Source: Octopus vulgaris (lineage: Eukaryota). Taken from it: a stretch of DNA of 64,000 bases. Shown here piece by piece: positions 24,607 to 37,368 of this stretch. The position numbers and the translations under genes were made by a program. The notes below the pieces were generated by a model. It worked only from the letters and a program-made list of their open reading frames with translations. It ran no database searches and had not been told where the DNA came from. The stretch covers positions 38,874,001 to 38,938,000 of the forward strand of contig OX597818.1 in NCBI GenBank assembly GCA_951406725.2, written 5' to 3'. The number at the start of each line of letters is the position of its first letter. Position 1 is the stretch's first letter.

Positions 24607-24689
24607 TACGACGGGCTTCTTTCAGTTTCCGTCTACCAAATCCATTCACAAGGCTTTGGTCGGCCCGAGGCTATAGTAGAAGACACTTA
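24351..24689 (-). mobile_element. CORE-type SINE family A, head missing
   Basis: Family A body and tail; breaks at GAAGACACTT where another SINE begins. Confidence 0.8.
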
Positions 24690-24690
24690 T

Positions 24691-25016
24691 GGAGGTGCAA
24701 TGGCCCAGTGGTTAGGGCAGCGGACTCGCGGTCGCAGGATCGCTGTTTCGATTCCCAGACCGGGCGTTGTGAGTGTTGAGCGAAAACACCTAAAACGCTC
24801 CAGAAAGCTCCTGCAGGGAATGGTGGCGAACCCTGCTGTATTCTTTCACCACAACTTTCTCTCACTCTTTCTTCTTGTTTCTCTTGTACCTGTATTTCAA
24901 AGGGCCAGCTTGTCACACTGTATCACACTGAATCTCCCCGAGAACTACGTTAAGGGTACACGTGTTCGTGGAGTGCTCGGCTTCTTGCACGCTAACTTCA
25001 CGAACAGGCTGTTCAA
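24691..25016 (+). mobile_element. tRNA-derived SINE with family C head and family D-like body
   Basis: A box TGGCCCAGTGG and B box GTTTCGATTCC; 5' half matches 27466-27754(-), 3' half matches 39536-39856(-). Confidence 0.75.
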
Positions 25017-25136
25017 CCCTCATCGTTGTGTATTTTTATGTTTTTTGATTTATTATTAGTGTTGCTTAATATGTTTTGCTAAAATTGCAGTTTCTTTTCA
25101 GAGAACATCAGAAAAAGGTAATTAAAATTCATTAAA

Positions 25137-25952
25137 ATGAGAGATCTATCGAACTTCCAAAGTGGTCAAATTGCTGGTGCTCGTATGACAGACGCTAGCG
25201 TAACAAAAACAGCCGAAATATTTGGTGTATCAAGAAGTACAGTCTCGAAAGTAATGACAGCCTCTTCATCGAAACAAAACTCCAGAAGAAAACCAAAACT
25301 TTCAGATAGTGACCGTCGGACTCTTACGCGAATTGTTAGAAATGATCACAAAAGTACAACTCCCAAAATTACTTCAGAGCTTAATGACCACCTCGAGAAC
25401 CCAGTTTCCACAAAATTTGTTCGCCGGGAGCTGCACAAAGCTGGATTTCACGGGGGTGGGGCTGCAATCAGAAAACCACTACTTTCAAAAACAAACGTTG
25501 CAAAGCGTTTAAAGTGGAGTAAAAACCTACAGAATTGGTCCCTAGAGCAGTGGAAGAATGTCATTTTCTCGGACGAGTTATCCTTTACCTTATTTCTAGC
25601 CACCGGCCGAGTATACGTGTGGAGACAGCCAAAAGAAGCATTTGACCCAGACTGCCTTCTTCCAACTGTTAAACATGGAGGAGGATCTGTGATGATCTGG
25701 GGGTCTATATCTTGGAAATCCGCCGGCCCAATTGTTTCCCGTCATAGCAGAATTATTGAACATTTATTGTGCATTTTAGGAAAACAAGTAATGAGTCAAT
25801 ATCCTCCACCATCATCACTACATGAACTGGAGACTGTTTTAGCTGAAGAATGGGTAAAAATTCCTTTGGAAACAATTCAAACTTCGTACGAGTCCATACC
25901 TCATAGAATTCAAGCTATAATTACTGCCAAAGGCGGTCCTACCCCATATTAA
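25137..25952 (+). pseudogene. Tc1-family transposase, internally deleted; right TIR ends near 26004
   Basis: HTH region, RKPLLS, W..VIFSDE, PTVKHGGGSVMIWG and AKGGPTPY; the middle catalytic D/E segment is missing. Confidence 0.9.
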
Positions 25953-26001
25953 AATAAATTTGTTTGAAAATTTAAGGCGTTTCCATTATTTTGTCCAATC
26001 C

Positions 26002-26032
<31 letters not shown>

Positions 26033-26131
26033 GTAAATCCCAAAAAGAAGAACAGACACAAAAAAAACAATAATGCGAGGACGTTGTACATGTAGAGTAT
26101 TAGCAGACGCTCAGGGAAGGAAAGAAAGATG

Positions 26132-26167
26132 GTTTAACGTTTCGAGCAGACGTTCTTCTTCGGAAAC
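26132..26167 (-). ncRNA. Minimal hammerhead-like motif (CCGAAGA core variant) in a Penelope-type repeat
   Basis: GTTT CCGAAGA A GAAC gtct GCTC GAAAC GTT AAAC. Confidence 0.5.
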
Positions 26168-27045
26168 AGAGGACAGTCCGATAGAAGAGAAGACGGAGGA
26201 AGAAAATCGCCAACAATTCACATGTGGTAAAGTTTGTGCGTGTCTTTGTGTTTGTTCCTCACTATCGCCGATTGACAGGTGGTATTGGTTTGTTTTCGCC
26301 TTCGGTTCGTCATAAACAGACCGTCAGAGAGAGTACCGGGTTTGAAAGTAGGCACTGAAGTCGATTTATCCAGCTAAAACCCTTCAAGGCGGTGCCCTAG
26401 TATGGACACAGTCCAAAGACTGAAATAAGATATTGATAAACAATGATCTGAAATCAACATTTATAAAATCAAGAGTGGTGGTAAACAACATAATTTAATA
26501 GAGTACAATCCTTTTACGTTCTGAGTCACAAATCCTCATCCCGGAGAAGAGTTGCTTTAGGTTTTAAGGATAGGAAAAGTATCAATTATGTATTGAACCT
26601 GATGTAATCGATTATGCTGCTTCTCCAAATCTGAAACCTTGTGACAGTGTGAAAAATCATTATGTATAAATTCGAAGGTGATAGAGTAGTAGAGACTGTT
26701 GGATGTCCGATTAAATTATTTGCAATATTTAGTTACGTTATTTAATTCTGAGTTCATATCTCATAAAAGTTTTTTTTTAAACTTTCATCTAATAACTGCC
26801 AGTTACGTATTGTAGTCAGTTCAATGTATTCAGTCTCCTTCTCTACAAATTTGTCATACCAAAAATTATAATCAGTGTCTAACATCGTTCGTTCAAGTTC
26901 TGTGTTCAAATCCCAACAAAAGTAATCGTGAGACAGTCGACTGTACCCCACCCCATATCAATGTATGGTCTAGTGTTAATATGCGAAAGTAAATGGATCT
27001 TTTAACAAATGGAGTTAATAACGAACACTAAAATCTTTCTAATAT

Positions 27046-27188
27046 CACGTTTTACCGCCTTAAGAAGGAACAGAATATTGGAGTTTATACACACGAGCAT
27101 GTGTGTGTGTGTTACACACGTTTTACCGCCTTAAGAAGGAACAGAATATTGGAGTTTATACACACGAGCATGTGTGTGTGTGTTACAT
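27046..27188 (+). repeat. Tandem duplication of ~71 bp
   Basis: CACGTTTTACCGCC..GTGTTACA occurs twice. Confidence 0.9.
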
Positions 27189-27465
27189 TTAGAATGTCCT
27201 TCATGATTTGTCTATTCGACCAAGACTTACCTGGGGCTAAACAACAATGTTTGTAAAATGTATGTCAAAATATTCCAGTGTGCACAAGACTGGTTTGAGT
27301 CAAGAGGCGTATAGACAAATGTTCCTAGTATGTTACTGTTATCATTTTATCATCATTACTCATGGTAAAATGCTGAATTGGTATTGGTCACGGGTAGGTC
27401 TTTATGAACAGTTCCTTTGTTTAGATAAAAGAGAAGCTTTTGTGGTTGAAATAAATATCTAATTT

Positions 27466-27754
27466 TGTTCCTTCTCGAGCCATATCTGGCTCATAAGGGC
27501 CGGTTTCCCGGTTTCCTTGGCGTATAGGTTCCCCACCTGGACGGGACGCCGGTCCGTTGCAGGTGAGATGCAAGAGGAAAGAGTGAGAGAAAGTTGTGGT
27601 GAAGGGTCAGCAGAAGTTCGCCATTACCTTCTGTCGGAGTTGCGTGGAGCTTAGGTGTTTCGCTCATAAACATACACATCGCCCGGTCTGAGATTCGAAC
27701 CCGCGATCCCTCGACTGCGAGTCCGCTGCTCTAACCACTAGGCTATGTGCCTCC
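27466..27754 (-). mobile_element. tRNA-derived SINE family C
   Basis: Minus strand GGAGGCACATAGCCTAGTGGTTAGAGC..GGTTCGAATC (A and B boxes). Confidence 0.8.
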
Positions 27755-27819
27755 ACAAGTACTTAATTTAGAGAGGTGAAATAACAGGAACAGTAGCGTG
27801 TTGGATGAAATAGCTTACG

Positions 27820-28201
27820 GGATCTTTTCGGTTTGACCGGCAGTTTTAAAAATAATTTCCACGTAACTAAACACTTTTAAACTTCGTAGACTGGTAGAAT
27901 GTGTTTATAAATATCTTTTTCTCTTGGCTTTATTGAGAAAATTCTATAGTTTATAAGATATTTGTTGTTTTTTTTTCTTCAGTTTCTGCAATTTCAACCA
28001 ATCAATGACGTCTATTGGGGTGAAAACACTCTGAGCCGTATGAATATGTCCCTCGTTTAAAAAACAGATTGGGTTTATTTACATTTGTGAAGAAAAAAAG
28101 GGTACCCTTCCCCCCTCTAACCCTAACTCTAAACCTAACCCTAAAATAGATTGAAATGCAATAGATCGATACTAGGGTCATAATTATGGGTGACAATTTC
28201 A
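27820..28201. mobile_element. Truncated copy of the MITE at 39871-40289
   Basis: Same left TIR and internal sequence including CTAACC-like repeats; right TIR absent. Confidence 0.8.
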
Positions 28202-28809
28202 CGTGTTTAATTAAAAATCTTTTACTTTCTGAGTACAAATTTAGTTCAGTTTAACCTGTAATCTAGGCAAAAAGGAATAAGTATCAGTAATATATTAAAA
28301 CAGATTCAATCGAATTCGCACTTTCTCTTACAAATATATGGTCTTGAAATAATATAAGAAATGATTATCTTTATTTCTTTTATTTTTTATCTGAGTGGCA
28401 TAAAATTTGTCTTGATGTATCTAAACAATTTGAGTTGAAGAAACAGAAAAAAAACCCCTAAAATCAACGGACACATTTGTCCAAATCAACACACACAATT
28501 GTTTAATAAAAATCATCAATTTCCCCATGGTGACATCCTTGCAAAATCCATACCTAGACTCAAATTATATTCACGCATCCATCAGCTTTTTTCATTTTTA
28601 ATCTTTTTTTTTCCTTTAATAATTTCCTTCAAAAATCTCACACGTCGAAATCGACGAGTGTGACCATGATTTTGATCTATTAATTGATAACAAAGAAGCC
28701 AACGAGATTTGAACTCAAAGCAATAGATTATCAAATCAAATTAGAATAGTGTTGTATTCACTGTTACGGTCAATTCCATTATTTTATCCTGCAGAATTTT
28801 ATTCACCTA

Positions 28810-29181
28810 GGCGCAGGCATGACTCTGTGGTAAGAAGCTTGCTTCCTAACCATATGGTCCCGGGTCCAATCCCACTGCGTGGCATTTTGGATAAGTGTCC
28901 TCTTCTATGACCTCGTACCGATCAAAGCTTTGTGAGTGGATTTGGTAGGCGGAAACTGGAAGAATCCCGTCGTGTGTGTGTATGACCCCCCCACCGCTTA
29001 ACCGGTGTTGGTGTGTTTATGTCACCGTAACTTAGCGATTCAGTAAAAGAAACCAATAAGATAAGTACCAGGCTTAGGAAAAAAAATAAATAAGTACTGG
29101 GGTCCATTCATTCGACTAAAAATTCTTGAAGGTGGTGCTCCAGTATGGCCGCAATCTAATGACTAAAACAAGTAAAAGAAA
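28810..29181 (+). mobile_element. CORE-type SINE family A
   Basis: GGCGCAGGCATG.. head and CAGTATGGCCGCAATCTAATGACT tail. Confidence 0.8.
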
Positions 29182-29581
29182 AACAATGTCTGTATTTGAC
29201 TGGACACAAAATGGACAAATTCATTGAGAAAATGTAGTGTCCTGCGTATATCGTTTCAATGTCATTAGTGCCTTATATAAAACAAAACGTTGTAAGCGGT
29301 AACTTAAAAGAGCAAACATGTCACAATAGCCTCAATCGTTTAGTGATAAAACTGCCCACAGAAAGAGTATAGAATGATTTTCGCGCCTTGGCTATTAAAC
29401 AGCTTAAATAATAATTTTAATATAATTACAATGCCAAAATTTTGTAGGACGGGTTAGTCGATGAAATTGCCCTTAGTACTTTATTTTATCGATCCCGCAA
29501 GAAAGAAAAGCAAAGCTCACCTCGGCGATGTTTTGAATTTAGAACGCAAAGAGCTGTAATAAATACTGTAAGGTGTTTTGT

Positions 29582-29910
29582 AGAAGAATATAGATGAGTT
29601 TGTGTTGAGGTGTGAAAGGGAGAATTGGGAGGTGAAAGATATAAGAATGAGCGATGAATTCGTGGAAAAAATGGAGAAGGGTTTTGGAGTAAGAATAGAT
29701 ATGGATGGTCTTCGTATTGGGAATGAACATTCAGGTGACAGTGGAAACAACAGGACAGGTAAGTGGTGCTAGCGGATGGGGCCGTTGGCACCGCTTTCAT
29801 ATATCATTTTCAAAATTCATTATACTCATATCTATGTAATTGTGATGCTCTATGTCCCCAATGTTTGTAACGTCCCCTCTATGTAGCCCCTAGTGGGTAA
29901 TAAAGAATCA
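29582..29910 (+). mobile_element. 5'-truncated ORF1-only (HAL1-like) retroelement inside an old family B SINE
   Basis: Homologous to ~32085-32400(-) (CERENWEVKDIRMSDEFVE); tail GCCCCTAGTGGGTAATAAAG; 17-bp TSD ACTGTAAGGTGTTTTGT. Confidence 0.8.
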
Positions 29911-30846
29911 ACTGTAAGGTGTTTTGTTTTATATTTTAAAGATTCTACCAATCCACAGATTTCAGCAATTTAAATAATGCGATATGACTAAAGCAGGTAA
30001 TAGAAACATAGTTGTAAACTGGCATGGCAGCTGTTGATTTTGACCGACAAAGCATGTTGTCAGTATTTGTTTAAAAAAAAAAAAAGGTTAATTATCCAGA
30101 GATGCTATTTGCATGACAATCAAAACTGAAGTAAGGATAAAGACATTCAATGTAGTGCATAAAAAAATCTAATTAGCAATGGTAATGCGGTGAGGAGAAC
30201 ATTAACAAAATGGCTAATAATATTTTAATCGCTTTCGCAAATACCGAAGACAACTCTGAACATGTTTCTGTCTTATTAAATTAATCGATCTCTTACATGG
30301 AATCAAGGTTGTATATTTGTGGGGGGTAAAAACAACTAAGATAGAGTACATCGTGATGATCTTTAATATGGGCTCAAGGTAAGACATTGGTGAGAGTTGT
30401 AAAGTCAAGTAATATTGATCTAAATCATATTAGTCTATAACATGGGCACAAGGCCACATATTTAGCGTGGGTGTGTGGGTAAAGCTAACTAAAATAGACC
30501 CACATTATATAACTAGCTCGTAGAACATTCGACGTAAACGGACAGAAAGGCAAAGACAAACCTAACTCCATTGGGATTCTATCTCGGAAGAAAGACTGAC
30601 AAAACTAAATACTGTTGGCAATTAGTCGGATACTTGTCTGTCTCAGACATTTGCTATTTCCTCCATTCTTTTCTACTCTAGGCAAACGGTTACTAAAACT
30701 TATGGCCACCTACATTTTTGGGAGGTGGAAACTGACATACGTAATAAAAAAAAAGTGAAAGAAATGAAATATCGCTATATTAAACTGGAATTACCTTTTC
30801 TTTGTGATAGATATAACAACTTACCATGACGTAAGTTCACCTGGTG

Positions 30847-30953
30847 ATTCTTTATTACCCACTAGGGGCGACACAGAGGGGGACACCAAGAGACATGGGG
30901 ACATAGAACATTATAATTAAAATTTATGAAAAATGAATTGTTAAGTGAAAGAA
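30847..30953 (-). mobile_element. 3'-tail-only copy of the HAL1-like element
   Basis: Nearly identical to 32081-32180; 18-bp TSD ACGTAAGTTCACCTGG(T/A)G. Confidence 0.88.
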
Positions 30954-32080
30954 ACGTAAGTTCACCTGGAGATTTACTGAATGCATGTAGCATTGTTAAA
31001 CGCCCAGGAATGCAAAGAAGTGTACAGAAAGTGCCTTCCCACGCACACAAAATTTCTTCTACAACAAAACATGCATACGCATACTTAACATAATGATGTT
31101 TTCTAAAGATATGTCAAACGAAGTAAAAAATAAAATGAATAACTTGTTCAGTATAATACTAGTGTTCTATTCTTTATCTGGTGTTTCACTATGACGGAAA
31201 ATTTTTATCGATTTGGAAAAATGTCTATTGTTACCAGATAAGTTCGACTACATTCATAACTTTTCTATTAACAATTTTGACCAAGTTTTGACGTCAAATT
31301 ATTTAAGTGAGCTCTAGCATCACTCCATGTATTAATTGCTATTTAGGAAAAAAATGACGAAATCAAAACAAAACTAAGGCAAGACCAACAATATTTAATT
31401 TAATGGATATTTGTAGCTTAAAGTATAAAGTAACTCGGTCTGATTAAATGGCATTCTATTATCAGGTTATCGAATAAATTCCGTCCAAATTTTGAATAAA
31501 AAACAAGTGATCAAATGTTATATTTAATTGAAATTTAATCATCAATGTACTTTCCCTAATTATCTATGACTTCTTTCCATCTATCTACAATATTTTTAAT
31601 CCCATCAATGTAAAACTCTTTTGGTTTCAAAGCGAAGAAATCTGAAATGTCAGTTTCAACCCCCTCCTGGCTTGCGAAAGTTATCTCCCCCAAATGATTC
31701 TGTAAACTACGAAACAAATGATAGTCTGAAGGAGCAAGGTCGGGAGAATAAGGTGGATGAGGAATTTTTTCTCAACCAAGCTCTTCGATCTTCTGTGATG
31801 TGATCTTTGCAGTGTGGGGTCGCGCATTGACCTGATGAAACGTCACTTCTTTTCGATTCACTAAAGCGGGTCTTTTTTTATCTTCAAAGCTTGGTTCAAA
31901 CGCTCTAATTGCTGACAGTAGACTTGAGCATTGATTGTTGCATTAGGTGGTAACAATTCAAAGTGAATTACTCCTTTACAATCCCACCAGATAGAGAGAA
32001 AAACCTTTTTACCATGAAGTTCCCATCTCGGTTGTGGTTGAATGCCATAACCAATAATGTGATGCTCTGCAATATATGTG

Positions 32081-33020
32081 ATTCTTTATTACCCACTAGG
32101 GGCGACACAGAGGGGGACACCAAGAGACATGGGGACATAGAACATTATAATTAAAATTTATGAAAATGAATTGTTAAACGAAAAAATGATAAAATGAAAG
32201 CGATACCAACGGCCCCGTCCGTCAGCATCACTTACCTGTCCTTTGTTTTTCATAGTCACTTGAATGTTCTTTGCCAATACGAATAAATTCCATATCCATT
32301 CTTACTCCGAAATACTCATCCATATTTTCCACGAATTCATCGCTCATTCTTATATCTTTCACCTCCCAATTCTCCCTTTCACACCTCACCATAAACTCAC
32401 CTATGTTCTTCTTTTCAATCACAGCATACCTAGTCTCACCAACATCATACCATTTATACTCTTCCATTAGACTTTTAACTTCTTTCTGTTCAGTCATAGT
32501 ACAAATGTACGGCCTGATATCGAATTCAATCTCTTGTGTGTGTGTAGTATTTTTTTTTCTTTTGTTTTCTTGTTGGGGGGGAGCGGGTGGGTTCACTGTC
32601 TGCATGGATAGGGTGGGACTCAGAGGGCGTGGGTGGTTTTGGGGTGGATTGGAGTTCCATATTATTTTCTTTTCCACGTATTCTTCTCTTCCTCTTATTT
32701 CCAGCTTCCTTCCATTTCTGTGTATTCTCTTCCTCTTCTACTGTCTCCTTCTCCTCTGGTTTCTGCTTCTCTCTCTGTGGTTCGGAATCCATTTCTTTCC
32801 CTGGGGGAGGGCAGAAGGCTCTTATGTGACCCCTCAGGCCACACTTGTAACAACGTGGAGCCCTGCCCTCCACCCACACTCTCATGATCACGTCTCCCAA
32901 TCTGATGCTTTCCGCCAGGTCCACCAGTACCTCGTTCTCCGCCTGTACGTTCAGCTCCACTGTTACGCCTCTCCAGCCCTCGGACTTAACCGAGGCATGG
33001 AGAATATCCACTTCGTCCTC
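32081..33020 (-). mobile_element. 5'-truncated ORF1-only (HAL1-like) Tx1-derived retroelement
   Basis: Zinc knuckle VEGRAPRCYKCGLRGHIRAFCP; ORF1 stop followed after ~145 nt by the tail and AATAAA; 17-bp TSD GCTCT(G/A)CAATATATGTG at 32064-32080 and 33021-33037. Confidence 0.85.
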
Positions 33021-33595
33021 GCTCTACAATATATGTGTGTATATATTTCGCTTAATTCATTTTTGCTTAAATTATGCAAATTACCTAGACCATAACTGTT
33101 TTCTACTGTTTGTATAAGTGTAAGTCCTGTATTTACTGCAGATAAGATTGGACAATCGTCGAGCTGCCGAAGGCTGGTTACAACTGTCCTCTTATCTCCA
33201 GACAATAAACCTGTCTTTTCCCTTAATGGCATATCAGTTTTGAAGAAACCTTGAATTTTGAGATTATCTTCCCTTCTCAAGTGGAGGCGGTAATAATTAA
33301 CATTCGATAATTATGATGCATCATCTAGAGGCGGAGATGGTTTTAATAAATCAGAAAATTTCGTGGTACTTGACATACCGGTATTTTTATTCATTTATTT
33401 GTTTCAAACAGTTGAGTGTGGTCATGTTTTGCACCGCATTGAAGGGTTTTATACGAACAAATCGATCCCAGGACTTATTTTTAAAGCCTAATACTTGTTC
33501 TATCAGTCTCTTTTGATGAACCGCTAAGCTACCGGGACTTAAACATACAAAAACCGGTTGTCAAGCGGTGATGGGAGAACAAAGACACACACACA

Positions 33596-33643
<48 letters not shown>

Positions 33644-33668
33644 TCATAATTAAAGTTATATGTACATA

Positions 33669-34068
33669 GGCGCAGGAGTGGATGTGTAGTAAGTAACTTG
33701 CTTACCAACCACATGGTTCCAGGTTCAGTCCCACTGCATGACACTTTGAGCAAGTGTCTTCTACTATAGCCTCGGACCAACCAAGACCTTGTGAGTGGAT
33801 TTGGTAGACGGAAACTGAAAGAAGCCCGTCGAATATATGTATATATATGTATGTGTGTGCGTGTATATATGTTTGTGTGTCTGTGTTTGTTCCCCCAACA
33901 TCGCTTGACAACCGATGCTGGTGCCTTTACGTCCCCGTAACTTAGCGGTTCGGCAAAAGAGACCGATAGAATAAGTACTAGGCATACAAAGAATAATTTT
34001 GTTCGACTAAAGGCGGTGCTCCAGCATGGCCGCTGTCAAATGACTGAAACAAGTAAAAGAATAAAAGA
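33669..34068 (+). mobile_element. CORE-type SINE family A (an inverted partial copy lies at ~33390-33595)
   Basis: Complete head, core and tail. Confidence 0.85.
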
Positions 34069-34172
34069 ACATATATATATATATATATACTAGGAACTAT
34101 AGTTGTTTGTAGTGGTGATGCTGTTGATAGGATGGCGGTGATGGCCGCAGTCAAATGACAAAGAATAAAAGA

Positions 34173-34212
<40 letters not shown>

Positions 34213-34663
34213 GCATGTGTGTGTGTGTATAAGTGACACGAGTGAGTATAAACGAGCATGCACATGTATGTGTGTATATAGGCGTAGGTGTGAATTGCTG
34301 TAGGAATACTGATACGTGCCATAGGATCATTAAGTAACCATCAAGTCTAAAGACGTGAACCACACCCCCAGCACATTCTTGGCCAGGTCAAGAATTGACA
34401 AACATGGCCAACTATTAACGAACTCCCACACTTTAGAGTGACTTTCATTCCAGAGTCATTCAAACCTACCTCTTTATTCTTTGCATTCTACTTTGTATTT
34501 TTTATCAACCACTTTCTGCCTGTCGAGCTCTGAATACACATCACAGTTATTCTGCTCTATCAATGAATTTGGGAGCCGACTACTACCAACTCACCTATAC
34601 TAACAATATCATCCAGCTACACATATGAGCGAAATGTAAATTTTATAACTTAGAAGCCTATTA

Positions 34664-34774
34664 TGTCGCCTGATGAGATTTCTTCTGGGCTGTGGGGGTG
34701 AATTTGATTCCATTATGTCATTGCCCATCCACTAGGGAGCAGTGCAGAAGAATGCCGAAACGATCATTGTGATA
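34664..34774 (+). ncRNA. Hammerhead-like motif with extended stem II
   Basis: TGTCGC CTGATGA GATTTCTTCTG..CAGAAGAATGCC GAAAC GATC ATT GTGATA, followed by AATAAA. Confidence 0.5.
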
Positions 34775-34900
34775 AATAAAGTTTTCTCTACGTTGTCTTC
34801 TGTATCAATCATTTAGAATATATATACACATACATAATTAGGATATATATACACATACATTATTTAATGAATTATCAGTGGACACCGTACTAAATTAACC

Positions 34901-34949
<49 letters not shown>

Positions 34950-35288
34950 CGTTTTTGGATTTGGTTTGCAAGATTCTTTATATGAGTTCGTGTGTTGAGC
35001 ATTTTCTATTGTGTCTGGGGAGAGTCATTTTCTTTTTGTGACTTATTATGTAACACACTCATTGGTAAAAATTCCACGTTTTTCTTATTTTTATTGTCCT
35101 AAACTTTTCGTTACGTCTTGCAACCTTTTCAATAGTTTATATATATATTTTTGCCATGTGTGAGTTACAAATATTGTTGTCTGTGGAGACATATTTTTGT
35201 AGAAAAAGGAAATAGTAGTCTTTTAGCTGCTATTTCTAAAATTTTCGGTATGTTGTCAAGCAACCTAACCCTAACCCTTATTGTTATA

Positions 35289-35378
<90 letters not shown>

Positions 35379-35510
35379 TAAATTTAAAATAATACGGATG
35401 AAAAATTGAATATTAATTTGATTAATATCAATTTAACACCAGTGGTCTAGCATATTTAAAAATCTGAAGTTTCAGAAAAAATTATATTGCATACATATAA
35501 AAGGGTTAAC

Positions 35511-35662
35511 CTGTAAGTGGACATCCATTATGCTAGAAGAAGTTCCGCCATGGTCTTACCACTAAGAAAGGAATGTTTGCTAAATTTTTCTTGAGAACAT
35601 ACCTTTCTTAGTGGTAAGACCATAGCGGATCTTCTTCTAGCATAATGGATGCCCGCTTACAG
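35511..35662. repeat. Fold-back inverted repeat (~65-bp arms)
   Basis: CTGTAAGTGGACATCCATTATGCTAGAAGA.. pairs with ..TCTTCTAGCATAATGGATGCCCGCTTACAG. Confidence 0.88.
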
Positions 35663-35683
35663 TTCATCCCTTTTATATGTATG

Positions 35684-35735
<52 letters not shown>

Positions 35736-35839
35736 TATATATTGGGAGAGTTTACGAAAAAAAACAAAAGACGAAGACAGGTGGTGTACAAAACAAACAG
35801 ATGTATTAATATAACGCTCAGGAATAGAAAAAGTCTATG

Positions 35840-35874
<35 letters not shown>

Positions 35875-36254
35875 GATAAATAGATTATCCGAAATGTATA
35901 GTTTTAAAATCCATCACGGCTGATCTTACCAATCGGTTTTGCGTAAAGATATCAATGGAGTGCTGGGTAACAAATCGATTACATAACTTTTCATTGGTTA
36001 TTGATTTTCCCTCTGATTAGTTTGGGGATGAAAATGTCAACATCAGCCAAAGTAGTAATTAAATTCCTTCTATCTGTACAATGAGACACACAGCTTTAGA
36101 CACACACACGCGCCCGCCTCTACACTTAGATGACCAACACATAGCCCAATGGTCTATGGTTCTTTTCTTATCCCTTAAACATCTTAATGACCTTACAAAC
36201 ATTTTATTCTTCATCCCAATACTTTCACCAGGTTATATATATATCAGTATATAT

Positions 36255-36486
36255 ATTTCTTTACTACCCACAAGGGGCTAAACACAGAGGGGACAAACAA
36301 GGACAGACAAAGCGATTAAGTCGATTCCATCGATCCCAGGGCGTAACTGGTACTTATTTTATCGACCCCGAAAGGATGAAAGGCAAAGTCGACCTCAGCG
36401 GAAATTGAACTCAGAACGTAACGGCAGACGAAATACGGCTACGCATTTCGCCCGGCGTGCTACCGTTTCTGCCAGCTCGCCGCCTT
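36255..36486 (-). mobile_element. SINE family B monomer
   Basis: Full head and tail; TSD TATATATCAGTATATATA. Confidence 0.9.
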
Positions 36487-36684
36487 TATATATCAGTATA
36501 TATACATATCTAAACCACATACTTATGTGTGAGTGTCTATACATATATACACGTATTCTCTATCTCTGCTGTGTGTGTGTGTGTTTGCGCATCTGGGTAC
36601 GTTTTGTATGGGTGCATGAGTGTGATGGGTGTACGCGTGTACCCATATATCTATGTTCTCTGTATGACTATATGACTGCGTGAA

Positions 36685-36918
36685 AAAGGCAGCGAGCTGG
36701 CAGAAACATTAGCACGCCGAGCGAAATGCGTAGCCGTATTTCGTCTGCCGTTACGTTCTGAATTCAAATTCCGCCGAGGTCGACTTTGCTTTTCATCCTT
36801 TCGGGGTCGATTAAATAAGTACCAGTTACGCACTGGGGTCGATATAATCGACTTAATCCGTTTGTCTGTCCTTGTTTGTCCTCTCTGTGTTTAGCCCCTT
36901 GTGGGTAGTAAAGAAATA
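36685..36918 (+). mobile_element. SINE family B monomer
   Basis: Full head and tail; 16-bp TSD TATATG(A/T)CTGCGTGAA. Confidence 0.9.
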
Positions 36919-37331
36919 TATATGTCTGCGTGAATTTTCATTCTGGCATAAACACATGCGTATATTTGCATATTTTTTCTACTTTGGACATAATTTTCCA
37001 CAGGCAGCAACTTAGACTTTCTCACTCGTAACGGTTGATGTTCTGGAAATGTAATTTTCCTAAATAAAGTGCATTTCATATTCAAGTCTCCGATGAAGCT
37101 ATTAACTAGGTACTCAACTATGAGTGCACCGCTTCTTATAGCAGAAACAGCTTTAAGCTAATGAAGTTCATTACATAACCTTTGTCTTTTTCCGGTGTCA
37201 TCTCTTTGTTCTTATTACCACTCTATACTCATCTAACACTGTTATGAAGCAACTTTTACATTCTTCATCCCGATTTCTGATCGCTACTTACCAATGTTGT
37301 TTACAGGGTACGATGTGTATATTTGTGCGTG

Positions 37332-37368
<37 letters not shown>

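Noticed and set aside
32271-33095. Hydrophobic plus-strand ORFs (also 53370-53876, 60520-61164 and 61298-61828)
   Set aside because: Antisense shadows of purine-rich retroelement ORF1 sequences
35915-36005. Hammerhead-like remnant on the minus strand
   Set aside because: Both core segments are mutated and the stems are unclear
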